DNA from: Minisyncoccota bacterium
Lineage (GTDB): Bacteria; Patescibacteriota; Minisyncoccia; UBA6257; GWB1-50-10
Reading direction: 5' to 3'
DNA length: 64,000 nucleotides
NCBI GenBank assembly: GCA_041917695.1
Contig: JAYRXE010000037.1
Coordinates: 536,173-600,172, forward strand
Numbering within the stretch: position 1 is the stretch's first letter; each line of letters begins with the position of its first letter. The notes beneath the pieces are model-generated. The model was not told the DNA's origin and made no database searches. It saw nothing but the letters and a program-made list of their open reading frames with translations. Shown piece by piece: positions 39,440-49,306 of this stretch. A program made the position numbers and the translations under genes.

Positions 39440-40870
39440 ATGAAAACGATATGTGCTTTAACTCTATTCATCCTGGGAAATCTTCTTTTTTCCCAGCCGT
39501 ATACGCTCGTTCCCGAGTGGAGCAAAAACTTCACCCTGGGCGGGAACTCGGATGATTTTAAAGGAGTCGTCGTGAACAACGCTGATTTCAGCGTTTTCGT
39601 AAACGGTAATATCAGCACCACGGGATTTTCCTCCAGTGGGTTGGTAAAGCTTTCGCCTGTTGGAGATTCATTATGGGCCGTAACAGACAGCATAAATTCC
39701 ACAAGCTCCAATTCTCAGCAAATGATATATCACGAAGCTAGCGGAAAAACATTTTATGTTTCAAACGGCACCCAGTATTACCTTATTTCTCGAAATAAGG
39801 ATACGCGCGCGATTGAAAACATAGTTGCCTTCCCTACTCTGATCCACCTTGGCGACTACGGAGACTCATTGGTTGCAATCACCCATGAATCAAACGGCAA
39901 GATTCTTATCCTTGATGCCAACGGCGCCACAAAGCGGCAGTTCAACCTGGGCTATAACACCAACGTGGGAACCTTCACGCTTCGCGTGTGCGGTACTCAT
40001 CTCTGGATTATCGGCCTTCAGAACACTCAAACCGGTTTCTGCGCCAAGTACAACCTTTTTACCGGCCAGGAATTATGGAGGGTAAGCGTGCCTCGCCTCA
40101 TCCGCCCCTTCGGCGATGTTGACTCGCTTGGAAACGCATACCTCGGCGGAAGCAGGACTGACACCTTGAATGCGGCAGTGCTGAGATACAAGTGCATGAA
40201 GCTCAGTCCTTCGGGAGCGATCCTGTGGGATAAGGAAGCCTTGGTAAACCTTACCGACGCTGCCAATAACAACAACTGGGTGAACGGCGTTGCCGTATCG
40301 CTCCAGAAAAACGTTGTGGTCTTGGTCGGCGAAGCCGGAAAGGACAGTTTGGTGAACGACGGAAAGCGCGCCGGATACATCCGCATATTGAACATCACCA
40401 ATGGAGATTCAGTCCTTGCCATGAAGGTGTACATAAACCCCGTGGCCGGTTGGAATCAAATCCAGGGCGTGACGTTCGATATATATGGAAAGATGTATGT
40501 GGTCGGAAAGACCCGAGACGTCCTCTTGAACCCGGACAACACCGGTTTCGTCAGGAAGCTCAGGATTGATTCCCTCACGGGAATCAATGACCCCAGCGAG
40601 AATGCGGAAACATTCTCACTTGCCCAGAACTATCCGAACCCGTTCAATCCTACGACCACCATCCGCTTCTCAATTCCGAAGAAATCAGCCGTGAAGATAA
40701 CGGTATTCGATATCTTAGGCAAAGAAATCGCGATAGTGGCACAGAAAGAATATGGCAGAGGCGTTCATGAGCTCGGTTTTGACGGCTCAAATCTTTCAAG
40801 CGGCATCTACTTTTACCGCCTGGAAGCCGACGGCTTCAGCGAAACCAAAAAAATGATTCTCGTGAAGTAG
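39440..40870 (+). CDS. Secreted beta-propeller-like protein with T9SS type A C-terminal sorting domain
   Basis: LFS/Q signal; GD.LW and DSLGNAY.GG repeats; FSLAQNYPNPFNP..LSSGIYFYRL..KKMILVK; TTGAAA-17-TATAAT (39346-39374); AAGGAG SD. Confidence 0.85.
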   Translation: MKTICALTLFILGNLLFSQPYTLVPEWSKNFTLGGNSDDFKGVVVNNADFSVFVNGNISTTGFSSSGLVKLSPVGDSLWAVTDSINSTSSNSQQMIYHEASGKTFYVSNGTQYYLISRNKDTRAIENIVAFPTLIHLGDYGDSLVAITHESNGKILILDANGATKRQFNLGYNTNVGTFTLRVCGTHLWIIGLQNTQTGFCAKYNLFTGQELWRVSVPRLIRPFGDVDSLGNAYLGGSRTDTLNAAVLRYKCMKLSPSGAILWDKEALVNLTDAANNNNWVNGVAVSLQKNVVVLVGEAGKDSLVNDGKRAGYIRILNITNGDSVLAMKVYINPVAGWNQIQGVTFDIYGKMYVVGKTRDVLLNPDNTGFVRKLRIDSLTGINDPSENAETFSLAQNYPNPFNPTTTIRFSIPKKSAVKITVFDILGKEIAIVAQKEYGRGVHELGFDGSNLSSGIYFYRLEADGFSETKKMILVK

Positions 40871-40984
40871 TAACGCACTTCTCAAAGAGTTATTGGGGCG
40901 GTATCGCCGTTCCGCAATAATCTTATCCCCGCGACCTGCGGGGATTTTTTATTTCGCTCGGGCGCGTTTGATATAATGAACCTA

Positions 40985-41467
40985 ATGGAACCACAGAAAA
41001 ACAACGTGTTGCCGTTAGTGCTCCTCGCCGTCGGCATCATCCTCGGCTTCGCCGGAGGATATTTTTTGGGGACGAAGGCCCCGAAGGAAGAAGCGCGCAA
41101 TGCGAATCTTCAGGAACTCGTCGACGCGGCATACCCGAAACCGCCGGAGGATATCCGCACCGTGAACGCGAAGATCACGAAAATAGACGGAACGCGCATC
41201 GAGTTTGAAACCAACGATCCGGAGGATTATCTCCCGCACTCGGACGGTTCGGCGCCGTACACCATGACGCGCGTCGCCCGCGTAACGGACGCGACTGAGA
41301 TCTGGCTTCTTTCACCGACGAAAATCGATGCGAACGGGAACGTATCGAAGAAAAAACTTAAAATCACGGATTTGAAGGCCGGGGAGATGGTCGCCATCAC
41401 GGCTTCCGAAAACGTGCGCACCGCGAAAGAATTCGACACGCTCCTCATCGAGAAAGTCGAATACTAA
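40985..41467 (+). CDS. Single-TM extracellular protein of unknown function
   Basis: TM helix followed by a beta-rich domain; ATG 7 nt after TATAAT. Confidence 0.7.
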   Translation: MEPQKNNVLPLVLLAVGIILGFAGGYFLGTKAPKEEARNANLQELVDAAYPKPPEDIRTVNAKITKIDGTRIEFETNDPEDYLPHSDGSAPYTMTRVARVTDATEIWLLSPTKIDANGNVSKKKLKITDLKAGEMVAITASENVRTAKEFDTLLIEKVEY

Positions 41468-41548
41468 AGAAAAGCGGCAAAACCTTAAAACCTCCCGTTT
41501 CGGGAGGTTTTTTGACTGCCCTCCCCCGGCGTGCTAAAAAGCATACAT

Positions 41549-42139
41549 ATGAACCTCATTCCAACCGTCATCGAAAAGACCAATTACGGCGAACGCGCCT
41601 ACGACATCTACTCGCGCCTTTTAAAGGAACGCATCATCTTTTTGGGCGGTCCGGTGGACGACCATACGGCAAACAGCGTCATCGCCCAGCTCCTTTTCCT
41701 TGACAACGAAGATTCCAAAAAGGACATCAAGCTCTATATCAACTCCCCCGGCGGGTCGGTGACGGCGGGTCTCGCCATCTACGACACCATGCAGCACGTG
41801 AAGGCGCCGGTCTCGACCATCTGCGTCGGCATGGCAGCATCGATGGCGGCAGTGCTCCTTTCCGCCGGCGCGAAAGACAAACGCTTCGCCCTGCCGAATT
41901 CGGAAATCCTCCTCCACCAGGTCATGGGCGGCGCAGAAGGCCAGGCGACGGAAATCGAGATCACCGCCCGGCATATCTTGAAGATCCGCGAGCGTTTGAA
42001 CCAAATCCTCGTGAAACACACGGGCCAAAAGCTCGCGAAAATCGAGAAGGACACGGACCGCGATTTCTGGCTCTCGGCCGACGAAGCGAAAGATTACGGC
42101 GTCGTTGATACCATTCTGAAGCCTCACGGAAGGAGATAA
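41549..42139 (+). CDS. clpP: Clp protease proteolytic subunit
   Basis: [26 protein letters not shown] and HQ motifs. Confidence 0.97.
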   Translation: MNLIPTVIEKTNYGERAYDIYSRLLKERIIFLGGPVDDHTANSVIAQLLFLDNEDSKKDIKLYINSPGGSVTAGLAIYDTMQHVKAPVSTICVGMAASMAAVLLSAGAKDKRFALPNSEILLHQVMGGAEGQATEIEITARHILKIRERLNQILVKHTGQKLAKIEKDTDRDFWLSADEAKDYGVVDTILKPHGRR

Positions 42140-42217
42140 GGACGAGGTATTCGCAAAAGCTCCGCTCCGCGCGGGGCTTTTGTTTTAAGCCGAAAGAATT
42201 AGAATAAGACTCATACT

Positions 42218-43354
42218 ATGGCGCATACCGAAATACTCTCCCGCGGCGTCGAAAACGTGCTCGTCCGCGAGAGCCTTGAAAAGAAACTTGCCTCCGGCAA
42301 AAGGCTCCGCGTAAAATTCGGCATCGATCCGACCTCCCCCGACATCCACTTCGGGCATGCGGTCGCGCTCCGCAAACTCCGCGAGTTCCAGGACGCGGGC
42401 CACACCGCCGTGCTTATCATCGGCGACTTCACCGCACAAATCGGCGATCCGTCGGGCCGGAACAAGGAACGCCCCCCGCTTTCAGAGCGCGAGATCAAAG
42501 CGAACATGAAGCGCTATCTCGAGGACGCGGGAAAGATCGTGAACGTCAAAAAAGCCGAAATCCACAAAAACAGCGAGTGGCACAGAAAGATGGGCTTCGC
42601 GGAGCTTGCGCGCATCATGGCCGATTTCACCGCCCAGCAGATTATCGAGCGGGAAGACTTCAAGGCGCGCCTCAAGGAACAGCGACCGCTGTGGATGCAC
42701 GAACTCCTCTACCCCGCCCTCCAGGCCTACGACTCAGTCGCCGTGAAGGCGGATCTTGAAATCGGCGGGACAGACCAGACCTTCAACCTCCTTGCCGGGC
42801 GGCACTTGATGGAGAAGCGTGGCCTCGTTCCGCAGGATATTCTGACCACCCCCCTCCTTGAAGGGACGGATGGCGTGAAAAAGATGTCGAAGAGCGCCGG
42901 GAACTACATCGCCCTCGGCGATTCGCCGACGGATATTTTCGGGAAGACCATGTCGGTTCCCGATTCCCTCGTTGCGAAATATTTCTTGCTCCTCACCGAT
43001 AAGGGTGCGCCATCGGAAGATCCGTATCAGGCGAAGCTCGCTCTTGCCGAAACCCTGGTACGTATCGCGTACGGCGAAGCAAAAGCGAAGCGGGCGCGGG
43101 AGGAATTCAAGCAAACCTTCTCGCAACAGGGGGTTCCAACGGACATGCCCGAACTGAAACTCCCGAAAAAGGCGAAGCTTACGGAAGCCCTCCTTATCTC
43201 GGGCATTGCTTCAAAAAGCGAGGCGCGGCGACTTATCGAGCAGAACGCCGTCCAATTGAACCAAGAGACGATGCCGAGCGACGAAGAAATCATCTTCTCC
43301 TCCGGGGATATCCTGAAGGTGGGGAAGAAAAAATTCTTCAAAGTGAAAATATAA
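42218..43354 (+). CDS. tyrS: Tyrosyl-tRNA synthetase
   Basis: GIDPT..DIHFGH, GGTDQ, KMSKS and C-terminal S4 domain. Confidence 0.96.
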   Translation: MAHTEILSRGVENVLVRESLEKKLASGKRLRVKFGIDPTSPDIHFGHAVALRKLREFQDAGHTAVLIIGDFTAQIGDPSGRNKERPPLSEREIKANMKRYLEDAGKIVNVKKAEIHKNSEWHRKMGFAELARIMADFTAQQIIEREDFKARLKEQRPLWMHELLYPALQAYDSVAVKADLEIGGTDQTFNLLAGRHLMEKRGLVPQDILTTPLLEGTDGVKKMSKSAGNYIALGDSPTDIFGKTMSVPDSLVAKYFLLLTDKGAPSEDPYQAKLALAETLVRIAYGEAKAKRAREEFKQTFSQQGVPTDMPELKLPKKAKLTEALLISGIASKSEARRLIEQNAVQLNQETMPSDEEIIFSSGDILKVGKKKFFKVKI

Positions 43355-43380
43355 AACCCCGCATACGCGGGGTTTTTAAA

Positions 43381-43983
43381 TTACGTGAGTCGTAAAGCGG
43401 TAGCTTTCTTTTTTCTTTTTTTCAGAAACTCGTGATAGAACAAACCAATCATCCAACAAGCGGCGATGAAGATAATTTCAAACGCGAGATAGATGCCAAG
43501 TTTCATTACAGACTTTTTTTCATAGATGCGTTGATGGATAATACCGTTTTCAAGCCATGGATCGCTTCTTTTTTCATGTTCAAGAAATAAGTAATTTGCA
43601 ACATCAGGGTATGAAACCCATGCCTTGAAGATATCCGGGCTATGTGGTTGCCTCCCCCATATTTGTCCGACCCGGTCCCCCGTAGCGATCCAAAGCGTCT
43701 CAAAAGGGCCTTCCTTCAAGAAATCCTCAAAGGAATTCAATGATATTTCGGAAATAGCATCCCCGTTTAATGCAAACACTTTGACGGACCGAGGATAACT
43801 ACTGGAGCCAATCTCTACGGCATTTTGGCTTGAAAATGGATCTTTCCCCAGCACTACCTCCTTGGCATCCACGTTAACCGTAACCGTTATTTCATCTTCC
43901 GGCGCCGTGAAAAAAAGGAAAAAAGTGCTTCCTGCCATGAGGCTGAAAACCACCGCAGAAATGATTATGGCTGCTTTCTTCAT
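43381..43983 (-). CDS. Orphan protein with N- and C-terminal TM helices
   Basis: GGGAGG SD, TTGACG-17-TATTTT (44029-44057), lower GC. Confidence 0.7.
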   Translation of the reverse strand: MKKAAIIISAVVFSLMAGSTFFLFFTAPEDEITVTVNVDAKEVVLGKDPFSSQNAVEIGSSSYPRSVKVFALNGDAISEISLNSFEDFLKEGPFETLWIATGDRVGQIWGRQPHSPDIFKAWVSYPDVANYLFLEHEKRSDPWLENGIIHQRIYEKKSVMKLGIYLAFEIIFIAACWMIGLFYHEFLKKRKKKATALRLT

Positions 43984-44109
43984 GCGAACCTCCCTAATTT
44001 ATTTAAAAGTTAATGATTGCTACCCCGAAAAATACAAGGAATATTAGGATACGTCAAGATAACATGCGCGCACGAACAAAAACGCCCTTATCGGGCGCTT
44101 TTGTTTTAG

Positions 44110-44180
44110 TGCGGGCAAGGAGAATCGAACTCCTACATTCTCGTTGGCAACGAGATAGTCTACCATTAACTTATGCCCGC
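44110..44180 (-). tRNA. tRNA-Gly(GCC)
   Basis: Cloverleaf with ttGCCaa loop. Confidence 0.92.
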
Positions 44181-44224
44181 CCGAACTCTCATGAGTGTAC
44201 GGGAAAGGCCTTTTCTCTTCAAGT

Positions 44225-44404
44225 CTAATACGCCGGCGGCTGGCTCGTCGGGCCTTCCGCATAGGGAGCGGAAGTCGGTCCCTGGAAATTCACCGTCGGG
44301 GCATTCGCCGGAGCCTGGAATATCGCGAAGAGTCCTCCGAGGAGGATGACGATAAGCACGAGCGCCACGACGAGGATCATGAGGATTTTATGATGCGTAC
44401 CCAT
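44225..44404 (-). CDS. Small single-TM protein
   Basis: TM helix + Pro-rich tail; ATG 7 nt after TGgTATAAT. Confidence 0.65.
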   Translation of the reverse strand: MGTHHKILMILVVALVLIVILLGGLFAIFQAPANAPTVNFQGPTSAPYAEGPTSQPPAY

Positions 44405-44459
44405 TTCCCTCATTATACCAAAAACTCTCCCCCGCCATGGCGGAGGAGAGTTTTTTTAT

Positions 44460-45350
44460 TTAGGCCTTGGGGAAATCCGCGCGGAGCGTCTTTAGCGCCG
44501 CCTGCACTTTTTTCCTGAATTCCTCGTTTATCCGCTGGAGCGCGGCTTTCCGGTCGGCGGAAAGGGCGGGTACGGAGATTTTCGCTTTTTCAATCGTCTG
44601 CCGGTCGCTCAAAAATTTGTCTTTCGCATTTTTGATGGAAAGACGATACACGTCGCGGATGCCCGCGGCGCGGGCGGGGTTTGCCGTACAATCCGCGATA
44701 GCTTTTGCGGAAGCGGCGGCAAGCGCTTGTTTGTACGCCGAGACTGCGGCTTCGAGTTTCGCCTTGCGCTCGGCGTTCGCGCGTTCCGCCTCAGCCTTGA
44801 AAGAGGCTGCGATTGCGTCTATAGCCGTGCGGCGCTCGCGAAGGGCCGAGTCGATGGCGCCTTTGAAAACGGCCACAGCCGCCTTTTCGCGGTCGGTTGC
44901 CGCGCGGGCCTCAAGCGCTTTCACGCTTGCAGAGAGGTTTTCATCCCAGGCATCCCGGCGGCTTATGCGGGCGGCCTCGGCTTCGCTCTCCTTCCCCTCC
45001 CGTTCGCCTTGCTTTTCAATTTTCTTTTCGAAAAGCTCCGCTTCTTTTGAAGCAATCTTTGCGTCCATGTCCGCAGACGCCGTCGCAATACGGGCGCAAA
45101 AAACTCCGTTCTTCATCTGGCTGTCATCCCCCAAAACCGGGCGCAGAGGCTTTAACGGTTCATTCGTCGAGGATGCGGTCGGATTTTGGGAGCCGAGCAA
45201 AAGTTCCTGGATGCGTTGCGGAATGCCGAGTACGCCTCCTCCGCCCGCCCCTATGCCTCCTCCGCCCAAAAGTTGCGCTGACGCAAGCGGGGCGCTAACG
45301 GCGCCGACTAAAAGAACTGCAATAAAAATGTTAAATTTGGTTTTCATCAT
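44460..45350 (-). CDS. Secreted Ala/Lys-rich coiled-coil protein
   Basis: Signal peptide and long helical body; third gene of the ECF operon. Confidence 0.7.
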   Translation of the reverse strand: MMKTKFNIFIAVLLVGAVSAPLASAQLLGGGGIGAGGGGVLGIPQRIQELLLGSQNPTASSTNEPLKPLRPVLGDDSQMKNGVFCARIATASADMDAKIASKEAELFEKKIEKQGEREGKESEAEAARISRRDAWDENLSASVKALEARAATDREKAAVAVFKGAIDSALRERRTAIDAIAASFKAEAERANAERKAKLEAAVSAYKQALAAASAKAIADCTANPARAAGIRDVYRLSIKNAKDKFLSDRQTIEKAKISVPALSADRKAALQRINEEFRKKVQAALKTLRADFPKA

Positions 45351-45924
45351 AGGTCATTTCATCAAGGGTCTGTGAATCGCGGGCCGCCGACGATGCAGCC
45401 TCGTCCATCTGCGAGGAGAGCGAGGCGTTCTCTTCTTCCATCTGCGTGAACATGGCCGTAACGATGTCCTCCGCCTTGCCGCTCGCCGTCGGAAGCGGAG
45501 CAACGGCCTGCTTGCCGGTCTTATTCGCGTCCATCCATGCTCCTTCCGATTGAGTCTCGACCGTAGAGGCATTCGGCAATGCGGCGGTATCTTTCGGCGC
45601 GGAATGCCGGTAATTCAAAAAAGCGAACGCGAGAGCCGCGAAGGCAAGCGCCGGCACCGCCATGCGCCACGAAAAAGGCTTCGCGCTTACAAGGGCCGGC
45701 TTCGCCACAAAACGGCCCGGAGCTTCAATATGCCGAAGCACGTTTCTGAACGCGGCTTCCGAAGGAACCGCTTCTTCTTTCGCTTCACGGAGCGTCACAA
45801 AAACGCGCTCCACCTCTTCGAATTCTTCCGGAGAATCGGAAAAACGCGCCTTTAACGCGCTGAGGGGCGCGTCCTCGTCCGCCGCGCGGAGAACTTCCTC
45901 AAAGATATCTTTTTTCTTAGGCAT
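45331..45924 (-). CDS. Putative anti-sigma factor (single TM)
   Basis: Overlaps the ECF sigma stop codon; central TM helix. Confidence 0.6.
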   Translation of the reverse strand: MPKKKDIFEEVLRAADEDAPLSALKARFSDSPEEFEEVERVFVTLREAKEEAVPSEAAFRNVLRHIEAPGRFVAKPALVSAKPFSWRMAVPALAFAALAFAFLNYRHSAPKDTAALPNASTVETQSEGAWMDANKTGKQAVAPLPTASGKAEDIVTAMFTQMEEENASLSSQMDEAASSAARDSQTLDEMTYDENQI

Positions 45925-46495
45925 GGTGTTTCAATTTTTTCTGCAACATCCTTAATCCTCGGCTTTGGAGCTGCCGCACGGCTTCTTCGGACTTTCCCAT
46001 GACGGCGGATATTTCCTTCGTCGAAAGCTCTCCGAAAAAGCGGAGGGAAATGGCTTCCTGCTGATCGTTCGAAAGCACATGCATCGCTTCACGGACCACG
46101 TCGGTCATCATATTGCGGTCCGCCTTTTCGGTATGGCTTTCGTGTTCGTCAGCCGCATCGAATGCGGCCCCGTCCGGGACTTCCATTTCTGAAAATACGC
46201 TTTCGCGTTTTTTGCGGTGGAAGTCGATAAGGGCATTTCTTGCTACGGAGAAGAAATAACACAGAGGTTCTTCGTGTATTTCAAAACGCTCAAGGCTCGC
46301 ATATACCTTAACGAATACCGTTTGGGCGATGTCTTCGGCATCCGCCTTCGACCGGCTCCGTAAAAACAGGTATCGGTAGACGGGGGTGTAGTATATCTCA
46401 TACAACGCGCCGAATGCGCCTTCATCCCCTTCCTTGGCCCTCCGTAGCAATTCCCGAGGGTCTTTTTTTCCGGCGTTATGCCTGTTTTCGTTCAT
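45917..46495 (-). CDS. ECF RNA polymerase sigma factor
   Basis: AEDIAQTVF, VARNALID and STKEIS.VMGKSEEAVRQLQSRG motifs. Confidence 0.92.
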   Translation of the reverse strand: MNENRHNAGKKDPRELLRRAKEGDEGAFGALYEIYYTPVYRYLFLRSRSKADAEDIAQTVFVKVYASLERFEIHEEPLCYFFSVARNALIDFHRKKRESVFSEMEVPDGAAFDAADEHESHTEKADRNMMTDVVREAMHVLSNDQQEAISLRFFGELSTKEISAVMGKSEEAVRQLQSRGLRMLQKKLKHHA

Positions 46496-46617
46496 TAATA
46501 CGGTTAAAGAGTGGGGGTGTGACATCCCCTTCCTCGTTCCTTAGTAAGTCTACCAGAAAGAGGAGGGTTTTGCTCCCGAGCGAACAAAAACACCCGTTCC
46601 GGGTGTTTTTGTTTTAG

Positions 46618-46689
46618 TGCCCTCGTGAGGAGTCGAACCTCAATTACAAGATCCGCAATCTTGCGTCCTATCCATTGAACGACGAGGGC
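46618..46689 (-). tRNA. tRNA-Arg(GCG)
   Basis: Cloverleaf with anticodon arm CAAGA-ttGCGga-TCTTG. Confidence 0.9.
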
Positions 46690-46739
46690 GTGAAATGAAC
46701 GCTTTTCAGAATAAAGGCAATCGCTAAAAAAATAAAGCC

Positions 46740-47273
46740 TTACCCACGGCGGATGGCCGCCCTCGATATATCGATCGTCCCCCGATACAAGATGTGCGGG
46801 ACGAATACAAACCACAAAAGTTTCTTATCGTTCTTCAGCCGGAATTTGAAATACTCGCGCGTCGCCTCGGGCAACGTCGCGTAGCGTTCAAGCGATTCGG
46901 GATTATACGGAATAAAATCCTCCGGGTGCATTTCGCGGTCTTCCGGTGGACGCGGCGGATAGAGATAGACCATTGCTTTCTCCGGGTCCAACTGGTGCGG
47001 GTCTATTTCGTAGTAATCGAATTCGCGGAGATGCGGAGCGCCAAGTTCCGCGAGGGTTCGCTTGATTATCGCCGGGTCGAGAACGGTGAGGAAAAGGACG
47101 TCATTCCACAAACAATCCCATCCCGGTATGCGTTGTGCGGTAACATGTTCGCGTCCTTCGTACTTTCCGTACGCCTCCCGGTAAATATCCGGGTACACCT
47201 CCTTCATGGCGTTCAGGGGGTACAAGACGTTCCCGCGCATGTTCGGCGGGACGAAATGATAGAGTTTTGCCAT
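46740..47273 (-). CDS. Conserved-looking hypothetical protein
   Basis: LYH.VP..M.G..LYPLN, KYEGRE, CLWNDV and VPHILY.G motifs; genome-typical codon usage. Confidence 0.75.
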   Translation of the reverse strand: MAKLYHFVPPNMRGNVLYPLNAMKEVYPDIYREAYGKYEGREHVTAQRIPGWDCLWNDVLFLTVLDPAIIKRTLAELGAPHLREFDYYEIDPHQLDPEKAMVYLYPPRPPEDREMHPEDFIPYNPESLERYATLPEATREYFKFRLKNDKKLLWFVFVPHILYRGTIDISRAAIRRG

Positions 47274-47885
47274 TTAAAACCCGATGCGTTCCGCGATGAT
47301 TTCCGCCAAGGTCTCCTCGTGCTCCTCTTCGGGCAAGTACTGCATGAGGAAGTCCCGCGCGACGACGGCGAGCTTGTCGTCAATCGGCAGATGGATGAAG
47401 GGGCTGATCTTCGAATTCCGGCGGAAGACGAGTTCGTCGAGGAAACCGAGGCGCTTCCGAATATGGAAACTCAAAAGCCCCTTGTAATCGGCGTACGGCT
47501 TCCCGTCTATCGAAAAGCCCGTGGCAGTCAATTCGTAATCGAGCGTGCGGGGCTTGCGCTTGCCGAACTCGACGACCAAAGCCGTCGCGATGGCGACAAA
47601 AACCGCAAAGAAAAAGTTTCTCTGCCACAAGGCGATGACAAGCAAGAGCGCCCCCGCGGCGATGATGCCCGTATACCACAGATAATCCTTTTCGATGTAG
47701 TGGAATTCAGCGGCGCGCCAGGAAATCGTTTTCCGGGCCGCATGCGGCAGCACCTCTATCTTGTGCAGGCCGGGCTGGTCCGCCGTCTCGCGTTTTATCG
47801 TGTGCACCGCGACGGAATGCGCCTTTTCCACGTGGATAGGAACGACCTCTCCGGTTTCGCGGTTCTTCTTTTTGGTGCGGACCAT
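47274..47885 (-). CDS. CPR-type two-TM hypothetical protein
   Basis: W.A.EF....K...WY followed by a TM hairpin. Confidence 0.75.
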   Translation of the reverse strand: MVRTKKKNRETGEVVPIHVEKAHSVAVHTIKRETADQPGLHKIEVLPHAARKTISWRAAEFHYIEKDYLWYTGIIAAGALLLVIALWQRNFFFAVFVAIATALVVEFGKRKPRTLDYELTATGFSIDGKPYADYKGLLSFHIRKRLGFLDELVFRRNSKISPFIHLPIDDKLAVVARDFLMQYLPEEEHEETLAEIIAERIGF

Positions 47886-47957
47886 ACGTGCGTTTATTAT
47901 ACCACGCGTTTCCTACGGCGGGGAAAATAAAATGCAGCCTTTACGGCTGCATTCGCG

Positions 47958-49145
47958 TTACTTCATTTCAAAATACCCCCCGCCAAACGTATAGCCTCCT
48001 CCGAAAGCGCAGAGTATGGCCTTTGTTCCGCTTTTTAGCATATCTCTTTCCCACGCCTCGCACATCAAAGTCGGAATGGTCGCGGACGTGGTATTCCCGT
48101 ACTGCTCGATATTGTTGATGACGATTCCCTTATACCCCGCCTTCACGAGACTGTCCGTAATCGCCTCATTCATCCGTAGATTCGCCTGATGGAAAAAGAA
48201 AATATCTATCTCCTCAAGCGTTTTACCGTTCTGATTCAATATCCGGGTGATCAAATCCCCTCCGGGAACTTTGGAGGCGCTGTTTGAAAAAACGAGCGGT
48301 ACGATATCCTTGAATACCTTTTTACCGTCCATCCACAGCTTGTGGAGCCACTGGTCCAACGCCTCGGGCGTCAGCGGATGCTTTGAACCGCCGTATTTTG
48401 CGATTATCTTCGCCCATTCGCTTCCCTGTACGCCGAAATAGAAAGATTCGGGCGTAAACCACGATTCCTCTTCGGAACACGCTTCAAGCACAATTGCTCC
48501 CGCCCCGTCTCCAAGCAACGGATAAAAATTCCGGTCATTGGGGTTCGTGGTGGTCGTCATCTTGTCCGCTCCGATAACAAGCACGCGTTTGCACAGTCCG
48601 CTTCGGATGAGCGCATACGCGCGTATCAAAGCGGTTACAAAGCTCGTGCATGCCGTCATGTTGTCGGAGCCGTAGAGCGTCTGAAGCGGATTCCCCGGAG
48701 AAATGCTCCGCCTTCCCAATTTCTCCGCAATCAGCGAAAAAGTCGGCGGCGAATACAGATAATCGGGGCTCACCGTTCCAAGCTCAATAAGGTCTATCTC
48801 ATCGATTGAAACATGTGCGTTCCGCAACGCCCGCTCCGCGGCGCATACTGCCAAATCGCTCGTGGCGATTCCTGCAGCGGCCTCACAGCGTTCGCGTATG
48901 CCGGTACGTTCCACAATCCATGCGTCTGAGGTGTCAAAATCCTTAAAAAATTTCTCGCGCTCGTTCATGAATTCTTCATCCGTAAGCTTCCGTTCATTCG
49001 TCATCTTCTCCATTTTTTTGGCGAAGATCGCCTCCCCGCGGTCGTGCAGTTCGGCCGAAAGGACGTCGTTCGTAAGGATACGTCCGGGAACTCCGTCATG
49101 CCCTGGAAATGCTTTGCCAAAACCGATAATGCGTACTCCTGTCAT
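47958..49145 (-). CDS. fabH: 3-oxoacyl-ACP synthase III (FabH) with a charged insertion
   Basis: DTSDAWIVERTGIRER, catalytic ACTSF / HQAN / GNTTSA, GDGAGA and AFGGG; TTGAAT-17-TACACT (49198-49226); AAGGAG SD. Confidence 0.9.
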   Translation of the reverse strand: MTGVRIIGFGKAFPGHDGVPGRILTNDVLSAELHDRGEAIFAKKMEKMTNERKLTDEEFMNEREKFFKDFDTSDAWIVERTGIRERCEAAAGIATSDLAVCAAERALRNAHVSIDEIDLIELGTVSPDYLYSPPTFSLIAEKLGRRSISPGNPLQTLYGSDNMTACTSFVTALIRAYALIRSGLCKRVLVIGADKMTTTTNPNDRNFYPLLGDGAGAIVLEACSEEESWFTPESFYFGVQGSEWAKIIAKYGGSKHPLTPEALDQWLHKLWMDGKKVFKDIVPLVFSNSASKVPGGDLITRILNQNGKTLEEIDIFFFHQANLRMNEAITDSLVKAGYKGIVINNIEQYGNTTSATIPTLMCEAWERDMLKSGTKAILCAFGGGYTFGGGYFEMK

Positions 49146-49243
49146 AAGGAGCTCCTTTCTGTTTGGTTATGTTATTAATTGATTTTTACTGTCTCCGAGT
49201 GTAGGAGTTTTCCCTCCTAAATTCAACTTCTCCCTCGAGAGAC

Positions 49244-49273
49244 GTCACGAATCGCTCCCCTTCGCGTCATAGT
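49244..49273 (+). promoter_or_regulatory. Putative ECF-sigma promoter GTCACG-N15-CGTCATAGT
   Basis: Matches the motif at 6545-6574. Confidence 0.65.
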
Positions 49274-49306
49274 TCTAGAAAGGTCAAAAAACACACTATT
49301 TTCTCC

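Noticed and set aside
44071-46620. Similar sequences downstream of tRNA-Gly and tRNA-Arg (CGAACAAAAA..hairpin..TTTTGTTTTAGTGC)
   Set aside because: Adequately explained as related bidirectional terminators, with no duplicated tRNA end.
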